The translations under genes and the position numbers were made by a program. Below, in pieces: positions 44,004-55,915 of a DNA stretch of 64,000 nt. The stretch lies in contig UQMD01000003.1 of NCBI GenBank assembly GCA_900542155.1, positions 88,099 through 152,098 on the forward strand. The letters are read 5' to 3'. The DNA is from an uncultured Collinsella sp. Its GTDB lineage: Bacteria > Actinomycetota > Coriobacteriia > Coriobacteriales > Coriobacteriaceae. Numbering within the stretch: the stretch's first letter is position 1; every line of letters begins with the position of its first letter. The notes under the pieces are model-generated. The model had not been told where the DNA came from. It was given only the letters and a program-made list of their open reading frames with translations, and did not search any database.

Positions 44004-45002
44004 TTATTCCTCGACCGGCGTGAGCACCATGACGGCGCGCGTATTGCTAAATGACAGCGAGCGGCAGGTCACAAGCGTTACGACCTTGGTTGCCGAAGCG
44101 GCACGATCGGTGGCATCGCTCGCCACGGCAGAGGCACCGGCAAGCATCTCGGACAGGTAATTCTTCAGTCCGTCATCGCCCTCAAAGTTGGGCGTGCGCG
44201 CCTTGGCATACGTGTCCTCGACCACCTTGGTCGCCAGTGGGCGCAACTTATACGTCGCATCGCGCGTAATGTAGTACACGTATTCTATGCTGTCGAACGT
44301 CGCCTGATCGGTCGTACCCGAAATCACGTTGAACATCGAACCGTCGTTCATGTGATGACCGTAAATCGTGGTCTGCTGATCCACCATGCCCGGCGCGGTG
44401 TCGTCGCTATCCAAGAAGATGGCTCCCGAGGCATTGGCGGTGCCGTCGAACAGCGTGTTGAGGTACTTGGAGTTGTTGTTGGTCTGTACCACGGGGTAGT
44501 TGATGTTGGTGCCGGGCGCGTAAATCCAACCCACAACCTCGGGATTTGTCTGGGCGAGCGCATTGAAGTCGATAATCGGCACGCCGCTGGCGTCCTTGTC
44601 GCTCACATATTGTTTTTCGATCTTTTGATACGACTCGCTCGCCTGCTTGTAGCCAATCTGGGCATTAATAAAGATGGCGGCCGCAGCAACGATCAGGCCG
44701 ATGCCAATGATGATGAGCAAGATGGGGATAACGGAGCGGCGCTTTTTGCGCGGTGGCTCGGTATGGCTCGATGGCGCGGTATGCGCCGAAGAGCGAGGTG
44801 ACTTCTTGGCCGTACTGTATGACGAAGGGCGATATGCAGCAGGTGTATCCTGGCGGCGATGCTTCGCCGGCGTCACGGGGCGTGGCGCGCGCGGCTGCTG
44901 AGGAGAGGATGTCCGACCCTGTTGCGGCGCGCGGGCTGCTCCCGACGTGGCTGGATCGGGAATCCGAGAAGCCGAAAAACGCTTTCCCTGATAGTCGGAC
45001 AT
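44004..45002 (-). CDS. srtB: Class B sortase (SrtB family) with an N-terminal Pro/Arg-rich cytoplasmic extension and one transmembrane helix
   Basis: The catalytic Cys lies in ...KVVTLVTCRS.... A His is present in IYGHHMNDGSMF. The segment VVGWIYAPGTNINYPVVQTNNNSKYLNTLFDGTANASGAIFLD matches the class-B sortase N-terminal signature. The transmembrane helix is VIPILLIIIGIGLIVAAAAIFI. Confidence 0.8.
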   Translation of the reverse strand: MSDYQGKRFSASRIPDPATSGAARAPQQGRTSSPQQPRAPRPVTPAKHRRQDTPAAYRPSSYSTAKKSPRSSAHTAPSSHTEPPRKKRRSVIPILLIIIGIGLIVAAAAIFINAQIGYKQASESYQKIEKQYVSDKDASGVPIIDFNALAQTNPEVVGWIYAPGTNINYPVVQTNNNSKYLNTLFDGTANASGAIFLDSDDTAPGMVDQQTTIYGHHMNDGSMFNVISGTTDQATFDSIEYVYYITRDATYKLRPLATKVVEDTYAKARTPNFEGDDGLKNYLSEMLAGASAVASDATDRAASATKVVTLVTCRSLSFSNTRAVMVLTPVEE

Positions 45003-45038
45003 GGCTCTCCTTATGCTGCAAATGGACTGGCAGAGCGC

Positions 45039-45503
45039 TTAGGCGTCAGCCATCTCCTGCTTCATCTTCTCGATAACCTTGCGGTACTCGGGGTCGCATG
45101 CGCCCAGAATCTGCGTGGCGTAAATGGCAGCGTTCTTGGCACCGTTGATGGCCACACAGGCAACGGGCACGCCCGAAGGCATCTGCACCATCGACAGCAG
45201 CGAGTCCATACCACCCAGATCGCTCGTCTTCATAGGCACGCCGATGACCGGCAGTGGCGTAAAGGCCGCCACGACACCGCCCAGGTGAGCAGCCTTGCCG
45301 GCAGCAGCGATAATCACCTTGATGCCGCGATCGGCAGCAGTCGAGGCCCACTCATGGACCTTCGCCGGCGTGCGGTGCGCGCTTGCAATCACGAGCTCAT
45401 AGGGCACGCCTAGCGCCTCGAGCTCGGCGGTGCAACCTTCCATAACGCCCAGATCGGACTTGGAGCCCATGATGATCCCGACAACCGGCTTCTGATCTGC
45501 CAT
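45039..45503 (-). CDS. purE: N5-carboxyaminoimidazole ribonucleotide mutase
   Basis: The sequence MADQKPVVGIIMGSKSDLGVM...AHRTP...GVPVA... is a canonical PurE. The ATG at 45503 is placed with a GGAGG RBS 10 nt upstream; the track start is TTG. Confidence 0.9.
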   Translation of the reverse strand: MADQKPVVGIIMGSKSDLGVMEGCTAELEALGVPYELVIASAHRTPAKVHEWASTAADRGIKVIIAAAGKAAHLGGVVAAFTPLPVIGVPMKTSDLGGMDSLLSMVQMPSGVPVACVAINGAKNAAIYATQILGACDPEYRKVIEKMKQEMADA

Positions 45504-45596
45504 AAACAAAGACCTCCTGTTGAGAGCGGTGACGCGGCGAATCCGCGACCCTTAACTACTGAGAGTAGTATAGCTGCTCCCGTCCCTGCGGTCTGC

Positions 45597-45688
45597 GGGT
45601 GCCCCGCGGCGGTCTGGTGTTTTCATCTCCACTCCGGTTGCTTCGCAAAGTCGTTCAGATGAAAACACCAGACCGCCGCGGGGCACCC
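45597..45688. repeat. Perfect 32-bp inverted repeat with a 28-nt loop (GGGTGCCCCGCGGCGGTCTGGTGTTTTCATCT ... AGATGAAAACACCAGACCGCCGCGGGGCACCC) in the marR-purE spacer
   Basis: The two arms are exact reverse complements (45597-45628 and 45657-45688). The element lies about 95 nt upstream of the purE ATG and about 125 nt after the marR stop. Confidence 0.9.
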
Positions 45689-45815
45689 TCGACCTACCGG
45701 GGATTGCCATGACGTACGTTGGCTGATTTTGTTTGGAATGAAATGTTGACGGTGGCTGATGGGCACAATTGGCCCGGATGCATTTCATGATGCACCTAAA
45801 TGTCTGTCTTTATCC

Positions 45816-46292
45816 TTATAGATTGTCCAGGTAATCGTCGGCATCATAGGTAAGGCTATAGGCTTTATTCAGAATGCGCACGAGCTCCTGGGCATCGTGC
45901 TCGCCGAGCGCTGAGAGTTGTTTCGAGAGCGATGCCACACTCTCGGCATTTTTTTTCGCCGCGAAATCACGGCCTTCCTCGGTGATGCTCACCAGCACAC
46001 GCCGACGATCGTTTGGATCGGTCCTGCGCTGAACGTAACCCTTGCTCTCGAGTGAATCCAAGATATGCGACATGCGCGCACGGGAGAATTTCAGCTTCTT
46101 GGCAATCTCGGAGGGAATGACATCACCGTCAATACCCGATAGATACTGTAAAACCGGTGCCTCGCCCACACTGGCGCCGCCGGCAGCACTCAAGGATCCC
46201 TTGGCAAGGGAACGTGAGTACACAATCAGTTTTCGAGCGACGTCATCGTAATCCACTGGGGATATTGTCCTTTGCAACTCTAGAAGGGCCAT
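45816..46292 (-). CDS. MarR-family transcriptional regulator
   Basis: The winged-HTH region is ...GDVIPSEIAKKLKFSRARMSHILDSLESKGYVQRRTDPNDRRRVLVSITEEG.... Confidence 0.9.
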   Translation of the reverse strand: MALLELQRTISPVDYDDVARKLIVYSRSLAKGSLSAAGGASVGEAPVLQYLSGIDGDVIPSEIAKKLKFSRARMSHILDSLESKGYVQRRTDPNDRRRVLVSITEEGRDFAAKKNAESVASLSKQLSALGEHDAQELVRILNKAYSLTYDADDYLDNL

Positions 46293-46360
46293 AAAACCGT
46301 CATTTGCCGTACATTAGTTAACATTCGCAACAATTATTTATGATACCCCAACGCGGAAGT

Positions 46361-46729
46361 CTATTGCTCGTCCTTCTTGCGTCGCATAAGCTCCTCAACG
46401 TCGACACCAGCGGCCTCGAGCATGCGCTCGACATTCTTTTTGGCGTTGGTCGTGCCGACCTTAAGCACGATCGAAAGCGGAGTGCCCACCACCAGGCACA
46501 CGATGCCCACGGGGACACCCCAGCCGGGGCCGCCCTGCATACCCCACATCCCCACCAAAAAGCCAATAGCCACGAGCGAATAGCCCAGGCGCAGCCAAAC
46601 GTTGAGCCGCTGAATAGCATCGGTCTGCATCTTTGCCTCGCGGATCAAGTCGTCGCGCGAAAGGTCGTGTCCATGTTTCTCGTGCATATGGTCCTCCTCA
46701 TGCAAAGTGTGCATCATGTGCAAGTACAT
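46361..46729 (-). CDS. Small membrane protein, hypothetical (His-rich N-terminus, 2 transmembrane helices)
   Basis: The sequence is ...LGYSLVAIGFLVGMWGMQGGPGWGVPVGIVCLVVGTPLSIVL.... The start codon is uncertain. Confidence 0.45.
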   Translation of the reverse strand: MYLHMMHTLHEEDHMHEKHGHDLSRDDLIREAKMQTDAIQRLNVWLRLGYSLVAIGFLVGMWGMQGGPGWGVPVGIVCLVVGTPLSIVLKVGTTNAKKNVERMLEAAGVDVEELMRRKKDEQ

Positions 46730-46817
46730 CGTTTTTCGAATACGTCATCTTTCAAGAGCAATATAGCGGGTGTCGTGTAGGCGATGGAGGTCGCTGGCCA
46801 TATTGCCCTTGAAGGGC

Positions 46818-46860
46818 GGCGCAAAATCAGAAGGCCGTGCGGTTGAGGCCGCACGGCCTT
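46818..46860 (-). terminator. Rho-independent terminator after PTS operon 2
   Basis: The hairpin is AAGGCCGTGCGG-ttgagg-CCGCACGGCCTT (46831-46860). It is followed on the minus strand by CUGAUUUUGCGCC and begins 22 nt after the IID stop. Confidence 0.55.
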
Positions 46861-46882
46861 ACAGGGGGCCAGGGGATGATGA

Positions 46883-47710
46883 CTAGTAGCTCAGTGCCGG
46901 GTCGAAGAAGCCAATGAGAACGCCCACAAATGCGATCACAACGAGGATCAGCATCATAACGATGGGGTTGACCTTCTTCTTGGTCATCATGTACCAGCAG
47001 AAGATGATGAAGACCATGGGCAGCAGGTGCGGATAGATTCCGTCGAGCGTGTCCTGGAACTTACCGCCGCCGGGCAGCACCAGATTGGGGCTGCAGGTGA
47101 TGGAGACCCAGGTGGCGCCCACGGCACCGATGACCATGGTACCGACCATCACGATGGAATCACGCAGAGCCTTGGCCTTGGGGCCGACGAGGGCCTCGAC
47201 CGCCTTGCCGCCGAGCTCATAGCCCTGGTTGTAGGCAAAGCGCATGCCAAGGAACATGAGCAGGTTCCACACGACAATATAGAAGATGGCGCCGAGCGGG
47301 GAGCCGCCGGTCGAGAGACCGAGGGCGATACCGAGCAGGATCGGGATCAGGGTACCGACGATCAGCGAGTCGCCAAGGCCGGCGAGCGGGCCCATGAGGC
47401 CGGCGCGGATGCCGTTGATGGCGTCGTCGTCGATGGCCTCGCCGTTTGCGCGAGCCTCCTCGAGGCCGGCGGTGACGCCGACAATCATGGTGCCGATCTG
47501 CGGCTCGGTGTTGAAGAACGCTGAGTAGGTCTGGAGGGCCTGCTTCTGCTCCTCGGGCGTGTCGTAGAGCTCCTCGACAATCGGAAGCATGGCGCACAGG
47601 TAACCGAAGGTCTGCATGTGCTCCTGCGAGAAGCAGGTCAGGTTGCCATAGGACCAGTTACGGAACGACTTGGCAAGCGTTTTCTTAGAGAGCTTTTTCT
47701 TCTCTGCCAT
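46883..47710 (-). CDS. PTS mannose-family IID component (intact paralog)
   Basis: The sequence is MAEKKKLSKKTLAKSFRNWSYGNLTCFSQEHMQTFGYLCAMLPIVEELYDTPEEQKQALQTYSAFFNTEPQIGTMIVG.... The start ATG overlaps the IIC stop in a TAATG arrangement. Confidence 0.9.
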   Translation of the reverse strand: MAEKKKLSKKTLAKSFRNWSYGNLTCFSQEHMQTFGYLCAMLPIVEELYDTPEEQKQALQTYSAFFNTEPQIGTMIVGVTAGLEEARANGEAIDDDAINGIRAGLMGPLAGLGDSLIVGTLIPILLGIALGLSTGGSPLGAIFYIVVWNLLMFLGMRFAYNQGYELGGKAVEALVGPKAKALRDSIVMVGTMVIGAVGATWVSITCSPNLVLPGGGKFQDTLDGIYPHLLPMVFIIFCWYMMTKKKVNPIVMMLILVVIAFVGVLIGFFDPALSY

Positions 47711-48567
47711 TAGATGTCCTCCTCTTCCTCACCATCTGAGCCCGAGGCGATAGCTGCCTTGGGAGCGTTTGCGAGGTCGATCTTGAGCGAAGCGATCTCA
47801 TAGTTGATCAGGGCGAAGAAGCAGCCGATGCCGGCAGCGGCGATCAGGTTGCAGCCCATAACAGCGGACAGGGTGAAGCCGAAGAAGAACGTCAGGAAGT
47901 CCGTGGGCTTAGAGATGACCTGCTTGAGCAGGATGGCGATACCGACGGTAGGCAGCAGCGAGCCGACGGTAAACAGCGTCTTCATCGCGATGCCGTCCAT
48001 GGGCATGTAGGTCTTCATGAGGTCGACCATGGCGGTGCCGCCCATGGTGATGATGAACGTCGGGAGGAACGAGCAGACGATGTGACCGATCCAAGGCAGA
48101 ACGTTGTTGACCAGGTAGAGCTTGTGGAGATCGCCCTTCTCGAGCCACTTCCAGCCCATGCCCTGCCACACCAGGTTGATGGTGGCGGTGCCATAGAAGA
48201 GCACAGTGCCGAGCGTGCCGACGGCGGCACCGAGGGATGCGGCCATGCCGGCAGCCTCAGCGGAGGCGGGATCGATGCCCGAGTTCTTGATGGCGAGGAT
48301 CGCCAGCGGGATGCCGATATAGGACACGGCGCGGACGTCGGCGGAGACGGTTCCGCCGGGGGTCACGAGAGCGATGTAGACAACCTGGATGGCAGCGCCG
48401 ACGAGGATACCCGTCTGCATATCGCCCATGATGATGCCGACGATGAGGCCGGCGACCAGAGGACGACCCAGAGTGTAGTTGCCGATCGTCGTGCCGCCCA
48501 TGCCAGGCAGTGATGCCAGGCAGGCGAACAGGCCGAACAGCGCGGCTTGGAATGCATTGATTGCCAT
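47710..48567 (-). CDS. PTS mannose-family IIC component
   Basis: The 285-aa polytopic protein has an acidic C-tail EEEEDI. It is a ManY-like paralog of 38832-39665. Confidence 0.9.
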   Translation of the reverse strand: MAINAFQAALFGLFACLASLPGMGGTTIGNYTLGRPLVAGLIVGIIMGDMQTGILVGAAIQVVYIALVTPGGTVSADVRAVSYIGIPLAILAIKNSGIDPASAEAAGMAASLGAAVGTLGTVLFYGTATINLVWQGMGWKWLEKGDLHKLYLVNNVLPWIGHIVCSFLPTFIITMGGTAMVDLMKTYMPMDGIAMKTLFTVGSLLPTVGIAILLKQVISKPTDFLTFFFGFTLSAVMGCNLIAAAGIGCFFALINYEIASLKIDLANAPKAAIASGSDGEEEEDI

Positions 48568-48639
48568 GCTTTCCCCTTTCTTTATTCCTCAGCCCCTTTC
48601 ACCAAGGGCTGTAGATACCAAAATGCGGCTGGCACCTAA

Positions 48640-49128
48640 CTAGAAGCCAAACTGACCGCGGAACTTGGGCCACTCACCGATGGACTTCTCCTTGATAAGG
48701 GCGAACTCGACCGTGTAACCGGCGTTGGTGAGATCCTCGAGCGCCTGGGCCTCTTCCTGCGTGATCGACTGGTTGTTGCCAAGCTTGGTGGTGCCGGGAC
48801 GATCGTTGCAGGGACCGACGATGATGCGGTCCATGCCGGGCTTAAAGCCAAAATCGACGAGAAGTTCCTTCATGTCGAGCGGGTTCTTGGTGATCAGGAA
48901 GTACTTGGTGTCGGACTTGAGAACCTTCTCGGAGACCTCCTTGAAGTGCTCCTTGGTCCACACGAACGTCTTCTTGCCCGAGGCACTCTTGTAGGCCTCC
49001 TTGAGCACGGGGTTGGACGCTGCAGCGTCGTTGACGGCGATAAGACCGTCGCAGGGATACTCGAGGGCCCAACGGGTAACGGTCTGTCCATGGATCATAC
49101 GGTCATCAATACGGATGAACGAAATCAT
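48640..49128 (-). CDS. PTS mannose-family IIB component
   Basis: The sequence is MISFIRIDDRMIHGQTVTRWA.... Confidence 0.9.
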   Translation of the reverse strand: MISFIRIDDRMIHGQTVTRWALEYPCDGLIAVNDAAASNPVLKEAYKSASGKKTFVWTKEHFKEVSEKVLKSDTKYFLITKNPLDMKELLVDFGFKPGMDRIIVGPCNDRPGTTKLGNNQSITQEEAQALEDLTNAGYTVEFALIKEKSIGEWPKFRGQFGF

Positions 49129-49207
49129 GCGTTCTCCCTTTCTTTATCACCGGGGGTCTTTCCTCTTAACCCCCGCTCCATCACGAAAATTTGGGCGGAT
49201 GCGCTGC

Positions 49208-49642
49208 CTAGATGTCGTCGTCCTCGTCGTCGGCGTCATCGGTCGGGACAACGAGCTCGGACATACCGTTCTTGCCCTCCTGCAGCATCATCTGCTTGAG
49301 GGAATCCAGGTCCATGGTGGCAAGCCCCATCATGGCGGTCATAGCCATGGGCAGATTCATACCGCCGAAGGCAATGGTGTGGGCGAGCAGGCCCTTCTCG
49401 GCCAGCGTGTTCATCGCATTGGTGAGCGGCGATCCGCCCAGGATGTCACCAAGCAGGACAACCTCGTCATCGGCGGTAACGGGAGCGAGCATCGCCTTGA
49501 CGTTCTCGACATACTCGTCAGCGCCCATGCCGTCCACGAGACTCGTCGACAAGATGTTCGGGGCGTCATTGCCGAGCATCTTGAGGACACTGTGCAGTCC
49601 GGGAGCGAGCGTTCCGTGACTGACCATTACCAGATACCGCAT
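49208..49642 (-). CDS. PTS mannose-family IIA component
   Basis: The start is placed at MRYLVMVSHGTLAPGL (ATG 49642, RBS GAGGAG). The track's 27-aa N-extension is Arg/Asn-rich and starts without an RBS. An acidic tail DDADDEDDDI is present. Confidence 0.8.
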   Translation of the reverse strand: MRYLVMVSHGTLAPGLHSVLKMLGNDAPNILSTSLVDGMGADEYVENVKAMLAPVTADDEVVLLGDILGGSPLTNAMNTLAEKGLLAHTIAFGGMNLPMAMTAMMGLATMDLDSLKQMMLQEGKNGMSELVVPTDDADDEDDDI

Positions 49643-49728
49643 GCGGTCTCCTCTCGACCTGCCGTGTGTCGCACGGCTTTGCTTTTTGCTGAGATTATTG
49701 TTGCGCCGGGGCATGTTCGGCACAAGAA

Positions 49729-49775
49729 AATAGTTGCGAACGGCAACTATTCATCGGTTAACGGTAGCAACTATT
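49729..49775. promoter_or_regulatory. Palindrome AATAGTTGC-gaacg-GCAACTATT plus an extra half-site GCAACTATT 16 bp downstream; candidate GntR/HutC operator in the divergent PTS-2/gntR promoter region
   Basis: The perfect 9-bp inverted repeat lies at 49729-49751 and a third copy of the half-site at 49767-49775. They sit in an AT-rich 270-bp spacer between the IIA gene (minus) and the GntR gene (plus). Confidence 0.35.
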
Positions 49776-49950
49776 TTTGTGCCTAAATTATTTTTTCTTC
49801 TAATTATTTTTAAAATAGCAGGTAGATTGCCTGATAAATGTTTTATGTTCCTTATGCACCATACATACCAGCAAGAATCGGGCCTGGCATCTCCGGTTTG
49901 CCCCGCAGTGTCAGACCATGTCACGTACGCCCACGACATGGAGGTACCCC

Positions 49951-50733
49951 ATGGATATGATCTCGTTTCTCGCCTCCGAACCCTTCGACCGCAGCGGTGA
50001 TACGCCGCTCTATGTCCAACTTAAACATCGAATCGCCCTACTTATCGCCAGCCAGGCGTTCGACACCAAGACGCCGCTGCCACGCGAGCTCGAAATCTGT
50101 GAGCGGCTAGAGTTATCGCGCGCGACCGTGCGCCGTTGCTTCCAAGATCTCGTCATCGAGGGGCGCGTGGTGCGCAAACGTGGGCAGGGCACGTTCATCA
50201 AACCCCAAACCTCAGCACCCGGCATCGACCTGGCCCTGAATTTCAGCGCGCGGATGCAGGAAGCGGGACGGGTTCCGAGCTCGCAGATTCTCGCCTTTTC
50301 AAGCATACCGGCCGTCCGCGGCATCGCCTCCGGGCTCAAAGTGCCCGAAGGGACACCCGTCTGGGAGATTCGCCGCCTGCGTCTCGCCAACGACAAACCC
50401 ATGGAGCTCAACTACGTCTATATCCCCGTGTCACTTTGCCCCGAGCTCACACGCAAAGACGTGGATGGCTCGCTCTACGCCTATATCGCGGAAAAGACCG
50501 GCATCCTGCCCGCAAGCGTCGATGCCGTCTACGAGACGGTCAACCTCGACAAGCATGAGGCGCGCCTTTTGGGACAGAACACCGGTAAGGCGGCGATGCG
50601 CATCGTGCGTTCGACCTACGACAAGACGGGAACCCCGTTCGAGGTAGGCGTGCTCATCAGCTGCGACGGTCAGGCAAAGCTGCACGTGCACATCGCCGCC
50701 GACAAAACAACCTTCACCGCCACAGCCCAATAA
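49951..50733 (+). CDS. GntR/HutC-family transcriptional regulator (UTRA domain)
   Basis: The start is at MDMISFLASEPFDRSGDTPLYVQLKHRIALLIASQAFDTKTPLPRELEICERLELSRATVRRCFQDLVIEGRVVRKRGQGTFI, from the ATG at 49951 with a GGAGG RBS. The C-terminal part is an UTRA domain. Confidence 0.85.
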   Translation: MDMISFLASEPFDRSGDTPLYVQLKHRIALLIASQAFDTKTPLPRELEICERLELSRATVRRCFQDLVIEGRVVRKRGQGTFIKPQTSAPGIDLALNFSARMQEAGRVPSSQILAFSSIPAVRGIASGLKVPEGTPVWEIRRLRLANDKPMELNYVYIPVSLCPELTRKDVDGSLYAYIAEKTGILPASVDAVYETVNLDKHEARLLGQNTGKAAMRIVRSTYDKTGTPFEVGVLISCDGQAKLHVHIAADKTTFTATAQ

Positions 50734-50856
50734 ATCCAAAACGTGGGCGCCGTCGTTCAAACGAACGACGGCGCCCACGCTCACTTTCTTTTTCAGCCCT
50801 AGTCATCGCGCAAAGCCCCTTCGGCAGCACACGGTGCAGCCGAGTCACCGTAGGCC

Positions 50857-50952
50857 GGGGCGGAGGGGGCTGAGTTTCCCGCTGAGCGACTCTGCTTGCA
50901 GCCGGAGCGAAGGGGGAAACTCAGCCCCCTCCGCCCCGGCCGGACAGCTCAA
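50857..50952. terminator. Perfect 28-bp inverted repeat (GGCCGGGGCGGAGGGGGCTGAGTTTCCC ... GGGAAACTCAGCCCCCTCCGCCCCGGCC) between convergent gntR and carB, a probable bidirectional 'I-shaped' terminator
   Basis: The arms lie at 50857-50884 and 50925-50952 with a 40-nt spacer. The second arm ends immediately before the carB stop (50954). There are no flanking T-tracts. Confidence 0.4.
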
Positions 50953-50953
50953 T

Positions 50954-54268
<3,315 letters not shown>

Positions 54269-54269
54269 G

Positions 54270-55708
54270 TTAGTTCTCCTCGGTCTCGGTCGCGGCGGTC
54301 TCGGCGAAATTCCAGCCGGCAAGACGGTCCTTCGCGGTGTCGATGTCCAGATAGTTCTGATCGCCGTCCATGAGTCGCGTAAAGGCGGTAAAGAGATAGT
54401 GGGCATCGGTGGGGCCGGGCGAGGCCTCGGGGTGGTACTGGACCGAGAAGCACGGCGCATCGAGCAGCTGGATGCCCTCGGCTGTGCCGTCATTGAGGTT
54501 TACGTGCGTCAGGCGAATGCGGCCGAAGCGCTCGTTCATCACGACCGGCGCAATGCCTCGACGCACCCAGACGCGCAGATCGCCATCGGCCGCGTGCTCG
54601 GTTTCGCCGCCGGAAAGCTCGGGGACAAGCTTGCCCAGGCTGGGGAACAGCAGGCCAAAGCCGTGGTTTTGCGCGGTGATCTCCACGCGGCCGCTCACCA
54701 GGTTCATAACCGGCTGGTTGCCGCCACGGTGACCGAACTTGAGTTTTTCCATCTGGGCGCCACAGGCCAGACTGATCATCTGGTGACCCAGGCAAATACC
54801 AAAGACCGGCACCTTGCCGATCAGCTGCTGCACCTGCTCGTAGGTCTCCACCACGGCATCGGGGTCGCCGGGGCCGTTGGATAAAAAGACACCGTCGGGA
54901 TTCATGTCGAGTACCTCACTCGCGGGCGTATCCCACGGCACGACAGTAAGGTCGCAGCCGGCGCGGACGAGGCCCTCCAGAATGCCGCGCTTGACGCCGC
55001 AGTCGTAGGCGACCACGTTGTGGCGGGAAGGAGCGGCAGGGGCAAGCGCAAAGTCATGCGTAGCGGGCAGGTCGCCCGCGGAAAAAGCGTGGGGCTCGGG
55101 GCAGCTCACGGTCTTGACCAGATTCTCGCCCACCAGCGTCGGCGCTGCGGCCAGACGCTCGGCAAGCTCGTCGACGTCAAAGATCTCGGTCGAGATAATG
55201 CCCATCTTGGAACCGTTGTCGCGCAGGCGGCGCACCAGGGCTCGGGTGTCGACGCCCTCGATGGCGACGATGCCGTGGGCACGCAGATACTCCGGCACGC
55301 TGACGGCCGAGCGCCAGTTGGAAGGCGTGGCGCACATGTCGCGGACGATCATGCCGCGCATGGCGGGAGCGCTCGCGGGGCGAGCGGTATCGCCGGGGAA
55401 GGCCGACTGGACGTCGGTCTCGTCGATGCCGTAGTTGCCGATCTGCGGATAGGTCATGGTTACGATTTGGCCGGCATAGCTCGGATCGGTCATAACCTCA
55501 AAATAGCCCTCGAGCGAGGTGTTGAAGCAGACTTCGCCGGTTGCGGTACCCTCGGCACCACATGCACGGCCATAAAAAATGGTCCCATCCTCAAGACACA
55601 GGATGCAGGGACCGCAGGTGCCCTTGCTGGTTTTTGCCAGCATACGCTGGCACAACTCGCTGGGCGCGATGGTGCGGGCGGCAGCGCCCGCAATATGGTT
55701 GTTCGCCA
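54270..55708 (-). CDS. carA: Carbamoyl-phosphate synthase small subunit (glutamine amidotransferase), unusually long at 479 aa
   Basis: The ...[20 protein letters not shown]... CarA N-domain is present. The GATase triad region is ...[17 protein letters not shown]...HGFGL.... The ATG at 55708 follows GGAAGGAGAA. An about 35-aa N-terminal leader, internal insertions and a 25-aa acidic C-tail account for the extra length. Confidence 0.9.
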
Positions 55709-55872
55709 TAATTCTCCTTCCCGGTCTCACAGGACCGGCTTAAAGGTTGGTAGTTAGGCCTCGCGGTATTCTAACCGTAAGCATCGCCTATGGCATTAAT
55801 TACATAGAATTGTTTACAAAATGATAATTATGACTTCCCATGCATAATGTTTTTTCTGGGACGGGGATTAAA

Positions 55873-55905
55873 AATCATCCCGCGTGGGCTTGTGACTCAC
55901 GCGGG
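55873..55905. terminator. Rho-independent terminator (ATCATCCCGCGTG-ggcttgtgact-CACGCGGGATGAT flanked by A5 and T4)
   Basis: It lies immediately after the stop (55916) of the minus-strand 319-aa gene, with an A-run on one side and TCGTTTT on the other. Confidence 0.6.
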
Positions 55906-55915
55906 ATGATTCGTT

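Noticed and set aside
45510-45815. ZTP (pfl) or purine riboswitch upstream of purE
   Set aside because: Only a loose resemblance (ACCGCCGCGGGGCA vs the ACCGCCUGGGCA-like 3' consensus). The region is dominated by a perfectly symmetric 32-bp inverted repeat, which is not how riboswitch aptamers look. This needs an Infernal scan before any claim.
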